From Patescibacteria group bacterium (lineage in GTDB: Bacteria > Patescibacteriota > Patescibacteriia > JAXHNJ01): a stretch of DNA of 64,000 nucleotides. Shown here piece after piece: positions 10,351-18,390 of the stretch. A program made the translations under genes and the position numbers. The notes beneath the pieces are model-generated. The model was not told the origin of the DNA. It saw only the letters and a list, made by a program, of their open reading frames with translations, and searched no databases. Positions within the stretch are counted from its first letter, which is position 1. Every line of letters begins with the position of its first letter. Location: NCBI GenBank assembly GCA_034520665.1, contig JAXHNJ010000002.1:416660-480659 (forward strand), written 5' to 3'.

Positions 10351-11712
10351 ATGTATTGGGCCAATTTTTTACACATTTATCAACCACCCACTCAAAAACC
10401 TTATTGGGTAAAAAAAATCGCTAACGAAGCTTATCGCAAGATTATAGCTGGTTTAAAAGAAAACCCTGAAGCTAAATTAACTCTTAATGTTAGTGCTGTT
10501 CTTTTAGAACTTTTTGAAGAAAACAACCTCATGGATATAATCAATGATCTTAGGAAATTAATAAAAAAAGGACAAGTAGAGCTTACCGGCAGTGCTAAAT
10601 ACCATCCTCTTTTACCAAAATTGCCTGAAGATGAAATAATAAGGCAAATAGAAATTAACAAAGAAACTCATAAAAAATATTTTGGAGATTTATTTGAAGC
10701 CAAGGGTTTTTTCCCGCCGGAAATGGGTTACTCTGACAAGGTAGCTAAAGTAGCGGAGAAAATGGGTTTTGATTGGGTTATTGTTGATGAACTTTCTTTC
10801 CCGGAAAATAAAGGAGAAATTGATTATTCTAAAATATACCAGGTAAAAAATACTAAAGATTTTAAAATATTTTTTCGCGAGAGAAAAATGAGCTGGAAAA
10901 TTCTTTCTGGACAATATGGCACTGGAAATTTACTAATTAATAGCCTGGGGGAAAGGCTTAAAAAAAATGAATACTTATTAACAGCTATGGACGGCGAAAC
11001 TTTTGGTCATCACCGGCCCGGTATGGAACACCTTCTTTTTGAAATCTATGAGTCTAAAAAATTAAAAACTGTCTTAATTTCTGAACTACCCCAAATATTT
11101 AAAAAACGGGAGAAAATTAAACCCCAGCCTTCCACTTGGGCTTTGATGGAAAAAGATTTGGAAAGAAACGCGCCTTTTTCTCGTTGGGAAGACCCAGGCA
11201 ATAAAATACACCAAAAACAGTGGCAGCTACAAAACCTAGCCATAGATTCTTTTAAAAAATACTCGGGAGACGACCCGGCCGTAAAAAAAATACGACATCT
11301 GCTTGACCGGGCTTTACATTCCGATCAATTCTGGTGGGCTTCAGCCAAGCCTTGGTGGAGCCTGGAAATGATTGAAGCCGGAGCTAAAGAACTTAATGGT
11401 GTTGTCCAAAATTTAAATAAAGCCCCTGACAAGATTAAAGAAAAAGCCAAAGAACTCTATCACGAAATAGTTTTTACTGGTTTTGAATGGCAGCGAAACG
11501 GAACCGTTGAAAATCTAAGCAAACAAGAAGATGAAGAAATACGTCAGCATACTGATGATGCCCTGCCAAAAATGCCCAAAAAAGAAATTGATAAAATTAT
11601 CAACAATCTTAAAAAAGAAATAAAAGCGGTAGTAGAAAAAGAAGAATACGAAAGAGCAGCCCAGCTGCGTGATCGTATAAAAGAATTAAAAAATTATGAA
11701 AAGAAAAAATAA
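10351..11712 (+). CDS. Glycoside hydrolase family 57 with a C-terminal UVR (UvrB/C) helical hairpin
   Basis: HIYQP, FFPPEM, DGETFGH, SDQFWW; ends with AVVEKEEYERAAQLRDRIKEL. Confidence 0.85.
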   Translation: MYWANFLHIYQPPTQKPYWVKKIANEAYRKIIAGLKENPEAKLTLNVSAVLLELFEENNLMDIINDLRKLIKKGQVELTGSAKYHPLLPKLPEDEIIRQIEINKETHKKYFGDLFEAKGFFPPEMGYSDKVAKVAEKMGFDWVIVDELSFPENKGEIDYSKIYQVKNTKDFKIFFRERKMSWKILSGQYGTGNLLINSLGERLKKNEYLLTAMDGETFGHHRPGMEHLLFEIYESKKLKTVLISELPQIFKKREKIKPQPSTWALMEKDLERNAPFSRWEDPGNKIHQKQWQLQNLAIDSFKKYSGDDPAVKKIRHLLDRALHSDQFWWASAKPWWSLEMIEAGAKELNGVVQNLNKAPDKIKEKAKELYHEIVFTGFEWQRNGTVENLSKQEDEEIRQHTDDALPKMPKKEIDKIINNLKKEIKAVVEKEEYERAAQLRDRIKELKNYEKKK

Positions 11713-13724
11713 TGAAATATTTTAAACAAACCAAAAATAAAAAAGTAATGCGCCACTTTTTCAATTTAATAACCAAACAATACTATCCACCTGGCTCTAA
11801 ACTTAAAAAAATAGAAATTCATGATCAAAGTGGCACCTCTTTTAAAAAGGCTTTGAAATATATCCTTAAAATAAAACTGCCTTCTGGAAAAGAGGTAAGG
11901 AAAATCATCCGCGGCAATGTACCCTCCCGTGACACCCGGGAAGAAAGTTATATTGCCGACCGCACAAAAAAGATGTTATTTCAAAAAGATTTTGTCTCAG
12001 AAACCTGTCAAATTCCTTTTCCTCTAGGCTACTACAAAAAATTAAATTTAGTTCTTTATGAAGAATTTCCCGGAAAACCTTTTGCCTGTTTTATAAATAA
12101 AAGAAAAAGAATTAAAGAAATAACCCGAAAATCAGCTTATTGTTTGGCCCGTCTGCATAATATGAGAATAAAAAATAGTAAAAAGAAAAAATTATCAGAA
12201 ATTAAAGATGAAATTAGTTATTTTAAAGAAGATTATAAAAATAATTACCCGGATGTTTACGCTTTTGGCGCTTCCTTGCTAGACAATCTCTTCCCATTAA
12301 TCAAAAATGAGATTTTTAAAAACAAAAAGAAATTTATTTTAACTCACGGGGATTTCAACCCTAACAACATTATAGTCTGCGGGAAAAAAACGGCTCTGAT
12401 TGACTGGGGAAGAAGTAATCTTTTTGACCCCTTGAGTGACATGGGTAATTTTTTTGCCCAGCTCAATATTTTTAACTGGTGTGAGAATATTAGCCAAGAA
12501 AAAATAAAAAAAATTAAATTAACTTTCCGACATAAATATTTACAAGAAAGAAATATTACTTATCAAGCAATAAAAAGAAAACTAATAATTCATGAACTTT
12601 GGTGGATGATGCAAATTATGGCCTACACCGTTTCTACTCGCGATCCTCATGTTTCTCAGTTATTAGTTAATAAAACCCTAGAAAAAGCCCGCAAATACGC
12701 TAATTGGCTAGGCTTGGAAATTAATGAAGACATATTAAAAACAAAAAAATACCACGATTTAAAAAAGATTTTTAAAGACAAAGAGATAATGATGAAACTC
12801 TATTGTAAGGGGCGAAGAAAAATATTTCCCCAGGCTAAAAACATTATTGACCTGGAAATTGAACACCCTAAAGCGCTTTCACAAACTAGTTTTTTAACCC
12901 GTACTAAAATTACCTATACTAATAAAAAAAATAAGCCCGAAGAAATCACTATTAGAGGTAATACCATTAACAAAAACACTTTTCAAATAATGGAGTACGT
13001 TTACAAAAAAAATAAGAAAAATTTAATTTCTCCCCGCCCCCTATATTATTTTCCTGTGGTGCCTTATCTGCTTTACGAAGAGGTTCCGGGAAAACCTTTG
13101 AGAAAAATCTCTTTTAATTCAGCTAAATTTGCCAGACTAGTAAAAAAATCCGCTTTGGCCTTAGCTAACCTGCACAAACTTAAACCCCAAGGCATAAAAA
13201 AAAGAAATTTAAAAGAAAAAGAATATTTCAAAGAACTAAGAAAAAAAATAAAAAAATACGACCCAAAAAACAAAAAAATTATTTTTAAATACGTCCGCCT
13301 CTATCATAAAAAAATCCACCCCTCATTCAGAAAATCAAAAAGAGTCCTCACCCATAATGACTTTCAGGCTTCCAATATTATTGTCACTCCAGAAAATAAA
13401 ATAGCTATTATTGATTTTACTTTATCTTCAATGTTTTACCCCTCTTTTGATTTGGCCTGCTTCATTACCCATTTGAGAATTATGTTAGCCGATAAAGTTA
13501 GCCATAAAAAAATTGAAAAATTGCAAAAAAGTTTTCTTAATACCTATTTAAAAAAAATGTCTAAAGCCCGAGTTAAACAAATTAAAAAAAATCTCGGCTT
13601 GGCTCAAGTTCGGGCCGCTTTAGATATTTGGGCTATAACTGCTACTTTGATGGGGAAAAATGACAAAAATCGCCAAAAATATGTTAATATATTAAATAGA
13701 ATAATAAAAACTAATTTAAAATAA
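11712..13724 (+). CDS. Tandem two-domain aminoglycoside/choline phosphotransferase-like kinase
   Basis: Two sets of motifs: LARLH..HGDFNPNNI..IDWG and LANLH..HNDFQASNI..IDF. Confidence 0.8.
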   Translation: MKYFKQTKNKKVMRHFFNLITKQYYPPGSKLKKIEIHDQSGTSFKKALKYILKIKLPSGKEVRKIIRGNVPSRDTREESYIADRTKKMLFQKDFVSETCQIPFPLGYYKKLNLVLYEEFPGKPFACFINKRKRIKEITRKSAYCLARLHNMRIKNSKKKKLSEIKDEISYFKEDYKNNYPDVYAFGASLLDNLFPLIKNEIFKNKKKFILTHGDFNPNNIIVCGKKTALIDWGRSNLFDPLSDMGNFFAQLNIFNWCENISQEKIKKIKLTFRHKYLQERNITYQAIKRKLIIHELWWMMQIMAYTVSTRDPHVSQLLVNKTLEKARKYANWLGLEINEDILKTKKYHDLKKIFKDKEIMMKLYCKGRRKIFPQAKNIIDLEIEHPKALSQTSFLTRTKITYTNKKNKPEEITIRGNTINKNTFQIMEYVYKKNKKNLISPRPLYYFPVVPYLLYEEVPGKPLRKISFNSAKFARLVKKSALALANLHKLKPQGIKKRNLKEKEYFKELRKKIKKYDPKNKKIIFKYVRLYHKKIHPSFRKSKRVLTHNDFQASNIIVTPENKIAIIDFTLSSMFYPSFDLACFITHLRIMLADKVSHKKIEKLQKSFLNTYLKKMSKARVKQIKKNLGLAQVRAALDIWAITATLMGKNDKNRQKYVNILNRIIKTNLK

Positions 13725-15196
13725 TGAAAAAAAGCAAAATTTTACTCACCGCTGCTGAATTAACGCCTATGGCCAAGGTTGGCGGCCTGGCTGATGTTAT
13801 CGGAGCCTTACCCAAAAATCTCATTCGAAACCATGTAGATACCCGTATTATTATCCCCAAATATGGTATTATCGATGAAAAAGAATACAATCTTAAAAAA
13901 ATCGCCTCTGATATTAAAGTCCCTTTTGGGAATAAAGAAGAGCTAATCAATATTTGGCAGAGTCATTTGCCGGGCAGCGCTGTTTTGGTTTATTTTATCG
14001 ATAACCAAAAATACCTGGGACGAAATGGAGTATATTTTGAAAAAGACGCTTCGCCGGGCGGATCATCACCGGAATGCCAGCGTTTTACCTTTTTCTCGCG
14101 CAGTATTTTTGAAACCTTTAAACCGCTTAATTTCCACCCGGAGGTTATTCATCTTCATGACTGGCATGTTGGTATTATTCCTTTTTTAAAAAATTACCTC
14201 GGACAAAAAAATCCATCTATTAGAAAAATAAAAACTCTCCTGACTATTCATAATCTGGCCTACCAGGGTAATTATAACTATAGAGAGGTTTTAGATTATC
14301 TCAACATAAAAAAAGAAGAGGCAAAAAATATGAAATTCATGCCCCTTGATAAAAATAACATTAAATATCTGCGCCAGGCTATTTTACACGCTGATTCCCT
14401 TAATACTGTTAGCCCCACTTACGCCCAGGAAATAATGAACGCCGAATATGGCGCCGGATTGGAAAAAGAGCTGCAAAAAAGAAAAGAAGATTTACACGGC
14501 ATTCTTAACGGAATTGATGTAGAAAGATTTAATCCGGCACTTGATCAAGAAATAATCAAGCAATATTCAATAGACAGATTAGAAAACAAAAAAATCAATA
14601 AAAAAAATCTTCAAAAAATTTCCGGGCTAAAGCAGTCTGAAGATACTCCAGTTTTAGGTCTAGTCGGACGCCTGGCAGAACAAAAAGGCATTGATCTTAT
14701 CTTGCAAATTTTACCCAAGCTAGCTAAAAATAACTGTCAATTAGTTTTATTAGGTACCGGCAATAAGGAGCTGGAAGAAAATTTAAAAAAAGCAGCTAAA
14801 AAATATAAAAACTGGCTCTCAGCTACTATAGATTTTGACGCTTCTTTGGCTCAGAAAATATACGCTGGCTCTGATATGTTTCTTATGCCTTCACGCTACG
14901 AGCCTTGCGGCCTGGGTCAGATGATCGCTATGCGCTACGGTAATATCCCTATTGTCCGGGCCACCGGGGGACTGGCTGATACTGTACATGAATTTAATCC
15001 AGAAAATGAGGTAGGCACTGGTTTTTGCTTTGAAAAATTTGAGGCGAGTGAGTTCTATAAAGCAACAAAAAGAGCCTTAGAAGTCTATAAAAATAAAGAA
15101 AAATGGCTGAAATTAATGAAAAATGGTATGAAAAAAGATTTTTCCTGGAATAAATCAGCTAAAAAATATATTGAGCTATATCATCAACTAATATAA
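13724..15196 (+). CDS. glgA: Glycogen synthase (GT5), second copy
   Basis: KVGGLADV, HLHDWH, TIHNLAYQG and PSRYEPCGL motifs. Confidence 0.92.
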   Translation: MKKSKILLTAAELTPMAKVGGLADVIGALPKNLIRNHVDTRIIIPKYGIIDEKEYNLKKIASDIKVPFGNKEELINIWQSHLPGSAVLVYFIDNQKYLGRNGVYFEKDASPGGSSPECQRFTFFSRSIFETFKPLNFHPEVIHLHDWHVGIIPFLKNYLGQKNPSIRKIKTLLTIHNLAYQGNYNYREVLDYLNIKKEEAKNMKFMPLDKNNIKYLRQAILHADSLNTVSPTYAQEIMNAEYGAGLEKELQKRKEDLHGILNGIDVERFNPALDQEIIKQYSIDRLENKKINKKNLQKISGLKQSEDTPVLGLVGRLAEQKGIDLILQILPKLAKNNCQLVLLGTGNKELEENLKKAAKKYKNWLSATIDFDASLAQKIYAGSDMFLMPSRYEPCGLGQMIAMRYGNIPIVRATGGLADTVHEFNPENEVGTGFCFEKFEASEFYKATKRALEVYKNKEKWLKLMKNGMKKDFSWNKSAKKYIELYHQLI

Positions 15197-15201
15197 TCTA
15201 T

Positions 15202-16200
15202 ATGTCCAGAAAAAAAACGAAAAAAACAAAAAGAAAAAAATCTAAATCTCCTAAAAATACCAAAAAGATTAATAAAAAAAGAGCTGAAATAAGGCAGGAT
15301 TATATCCATGACCGCGCGATAGTGGTTGCCCCTAGTCGCGGTAAAAGACCGCATCATTTTGAAGAAGAGGGAAAACCTGAAGAACTACCTAAAAAAACTT
15401 GTCCTTTTTGTCCCGATAAACAAAAGGGGGTCACGGCGTTGGCTAAAAAAGGGCGAGGCAATAAATGGAAAATCAAAGTAGTCAAAAACATTTTTGCTGC
15501 TGTCACTTTGGATAATGCCAAAGCTTATGGTCAGCAAGAAGTAGTTATTGAAACACCAAAACATGATCAGGAAATGGCCGAATTACCGATTAATCATATC
15601 CAGGATATTTTAAAAATCTACCAAAAAAGAACCGTTGATATTGCCAAAAATGAAAAAATGCGCTATATCTTAATTTTTAAAAACAACGGTGGCCGAGCCG
15701 GTGCTTCGATCACCCACGCCCATTCGCAAATTTTTGCTACCTCTTTTTTACCGCCTCATATTCTTAGTAAATTAACTCGGGCCCAGGAATACAAAATACA
15801 AATGGGTCATTGTTATTACTGTGATTTAACTAAAAAAGCGCCAAAAACTCCGCGCTTTGTTTGGGAAGATGAAAATGTTTCCTGCTTTACTCCTTATGCC
15901 TCCACCTATAATTATGAAGCCTGGATTTTGCCAAAAAGACACGTGGATAATATTGCCCATCTCAACAAAAAAGAGATTAATTCCATAGCCAAAATACTAA
16001 AAAAATTACTTGACAAACTTCATAAACATAAACTACCCTATAATTATTATCTCCATCAGGCTATCCATTATGATGACGAACATTTTTATTTACGAATTTC
16101 TCCTCGTAGAAATGTATGGGCCGGGTTGGAGTTGGGTTCGCGTTTAATAGTTAATTCTATGCCGCCGGAAGAAGCAGCCAAGTTTTATCGGAAAAAATAA
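15202..16200 (+). CDS. galT: GalT-family hexose-1-phosphate nucleotidyltransferase
   Basis: CPFCP, FKNxGxxAGASITHAHSQI (HxHxQ) and CYYC motifs. Confidence 0.85.
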   Translation: MSRKKTKKTKRKKSKSPKNTKKINKKRAEIRQDYIHDRAIVVAPSRGKRPHHFEEEGKPEELPKKTCPFCPDKQKGVTALAKKGRGNKWKIKVVKNIFAAVTLDNAKAYGQQEVVIETPKHDQEMAELPINHIQDILKIYQKRTVDIAKNEKMRYILIFKNNGGRAGASITHAHSQIFATSFLPPHILSKLTRAQEYKIQMGHCYYCDLTKKAPKTPRFVWEDENVSCFTPYASTYNYEAWILPKRHVDNIAHLNKKEINSIAKILKKLLDKLHKHKLPYNYYLHQAIHYDDEHFYLRISPRRNVWAGLELGSRLIVNSMPPEEAAKFYRKK

Positions 16201-16213
16201 TTTTACTAATATA

Positions 16214-16244
16214 AAAAGACAGACTCGAAAAGAATCTGTCTTTT
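16214..16244. terminator. Bidirectional terminator between galT and tyrS
   Basis: AAAAGACAGA...TCTGTCTTTT between convergent genes. Confidence 0.7.
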
Positions 16245-16248
16245 ATTA

Positions 16249-17454
16249 TTATTTGATTTTTAAAAACTTTCTTTTGCCGACTTTGATAATATCGTTTTTC
16301 TTGAAATTTATTTCTTTTTTAGGGTCTTTTATTTTTTTATCATTCATCGAAACCCCACCTTGCTCTATAAGTCGCCTGGCTTCGCTTTTACTCGTGGCTA
16401 AATCTGACTCCACTAGTAAGTCAATAATCGGTAATTTATTCTTTGTCGGGGAAAATATCGGAATATCGGAAGGACATTCTTTATTTTTAAAAACTTTTTC
16501 AAACTCTTTCTCGGCTGCCTTGGCTTTTTCTTCTGAATGATAAAGACTAACAATTTCACGGGCTAATCTGGCCTTATAATTTCGCGGATTATCGCCGGCT
16601 TCAAGGGCTTTTTTTATTTCTTCAACTTCTGATAAAGAAATTCGGGTAGCTAAAGTAAAATAATCAATTATCAATTTATCCGGAATAGACATAACTTTGC
16701 CAAACATATCGCCTGGTTCATCCCGTAAAGCAATATAATTATTAAAGGTTTTACTCATTTTCCGTCCGTCAGTGCCCATTAAATAATTAAGGGTCAATAT
16801 ATCCTGCACCGGCTGGTCCAGAGACCCTTGAATAGTCCGGCCCATCAGTAAATTAAATTTTTGTTCAATGGCCCCCAGCTCCAGATCAGCCTTAACCGCC
16901 ACTGAATCATACCCCTGTAAAAAAGGATAAAGTATTTCATGAGTGGATAAAGGCTGGCCCTTTTCCAAGCGTTTTTTAAAAGTTTCGTGAGATAGTATTT
17001 GAGCCAAGGTAGCTTTTGAAGTCAGGTCAATCACCGTCTGTAAATCAAATTCTTCAAACCATTCACTTTGCCATCTGATCTCAGTCTTTTTTTTATCTAA
17101 TATAATACTAGCTTGTTTAACATAATCCTTGGCATTTTTTTCTACTTGCTTATCAGAAAGCGGCTGTCGGGTTTTATCAAGACCCGAGGGATCACCGATA
17201 CGAGCGGTGTAATCACCGATAATTAAAACCACCTGGTGCCCTAATTCCTGAAAAGCCTTAAGCTTTAAAAGAGGAGCCGCATGACCAATATGCAAATCAT
17301 AACCTGTGGGATCAATACCCAGCTTAACTCTCAATTTTTTACCGGCATTAAGCTTTTTCTTTAAAACTTTTTCTTCAATTATCTCAGCTACGCCACGTTT
17401 GAGAATGTTTTTAATTATGTCTTTTTTATCCATAAGTATATTGAAAGTATACAA
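16249..17454 (-). CDS. tyrS: Tyrosine--tRNA ligase (true start probably ATG at 17433)
   Basis: GIDPT..LHIGH, KMSKT and C-terminal S4 domain. Confidence 0.97.
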   Translation of the reverse strand: MYTFNILMDKKDIIKNILKRGVAEIIEEKVLKKKLNAGKKLRVKLGIDPTGYDLHIGHAAPLLKLKAFQELGHQVVLIIGDYTARIGDPSGLDKTRQPLSDKQVEKNAKDYVKQASIILDKKKTEIRWQSEWFEEFDLQTVIDLTSKATLAQILSHETFKKRLEKGQPLSTHEILYPFLQGYDSVAVKADLELGAIEQKFNLLMGRTIQGSLDQPVQDILTLNYLMGTDGRKMSKTFNNYIALRDEPGDMFGKVMSIPDKLIIDYFTLATRISLSEVEEIKKALEAGDNPRNYKARLAREIVSLYHSEEKAKAAEKEFEKVFKNKECPSDIPIFSPTKNKLPIIDLLVESDLATSKSEARRLIEQGGVSMNDKKIKDPKKEINFKKNDIIKVGKRKFLKIK

Positions 17455-17490
17455 TATTTTTGCTATAATGAAAACACTAAAAAAGTATTT

Positions 17491-18387
17491 ATGTCTTATT
17501 CTATTGGCCTAGACATTGGCGGCACTAAGATAAATACCGGTATTGTTAAAAATAACCGGGTTTTTAAAAATCACCAAATTAAAAGTCCGAGTAAAAAAGG
17601 ACCAAAAAAATTACTTCGCGAGATTAAAAAGGCTATTAATTATTACCAGCCTGAAAAGGCCAAAAATATTGCTATTTCCTTTGCCGGACCAGTAGATAAA
17701 AAAGGTAAAATTCTACACGCCACTAATTTTTCTTCCACCCTGGAAAACTATAACTTAAAAAAAGCTTTAAGAAAAATCTTTAAAAAAGAAATTTTTATTG
17801 AACACGACGGCTTTTGCTTTGTTCTGGCCGAAAGTATATTAGGCGCCGCCAAAAATTATAAATATATTATTGGTTTAACTTTGGGCAGCGGTATTGGCGG
17901 CGGTCTAGCAGTAGATAATAAAATTTATACCGGTTATAAAAATTTAGCTGAAATCGGACATTTTAAAATTTTAGAAAAAGGCTTCCAGTGCAGCTGCGGC
18001 CGTTTCGGTCATTTTGAAGCCCAGGCTTGCGGCTTTTCTTTAGAAAAATATTATAAAAAAATTACCGGCCAAAATAGATCTGGCAAGGAAATTTACAAAT
18101 TGTCTAAAAAGGGCGACAAAAAGGCTTTGAAAGCCGCGGAAATAACCGCCAAATACTTGGGCCTTGGCCTAGCCAGCTTAACTAATGTTCTAAGTCCGGA
18201 AATAATAGTGCTCGGCGGCGGTCTGTCCAACTTTACAAAAATAATTACTCTCTCTAAAAAAAGCTTTAAACAAGAATTAGTCGACCCTAGACATAAAAAA
18301 ACAAAAATAGTAAAATCTAAACTCGGACAAAAGGCTCTACTTTTAGGCGCTTACCTGACTACTAAAAAAAGAAATTATAAACTTTAA
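17491..18387 (+). CDS. ROK-family sugar kinase (glucokinase-like)
   Basis: GLDIGGTK, TLGSGIGGG, EIGH and CSCGRFGHFE motifs. Confidence 0.9.
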   Translation: MSYSIGLDIGGTKINTGIVKNNRVFKNHQIKSPSKKGPKKLLREIKKAINYYQPEKAKNIAISFAGPVDKKGKILHATNFSSTLENYNLKKALRKIFKKEIFIEHDGFCFVLAESILGAAKNYKYIIGLTLGSGIGGGLAVDNKIYTGYKNLAEIGHFKILEKGFQCSCGRFGHFEAQACGFSLEKYYKKITGQNRSGKEIYKLSKKGDKKALKAAEITAKYLGLGLASLTNVLSPEIIVLGGGLSNFTKIITLSKKSFKQELVDPRHKKTKIVKSKLGQKALLLGAYLTTKKRNYKL

Positions 18388-18390
18388 ATT

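Noticed and set aside
11712-13724. Aminoglycoside resistance gene (likewise vanW at 37533 as vancomycin resistance)
   Set aside because: Fold-level similarity only; context is glucan metabolism, and no van cluster is present
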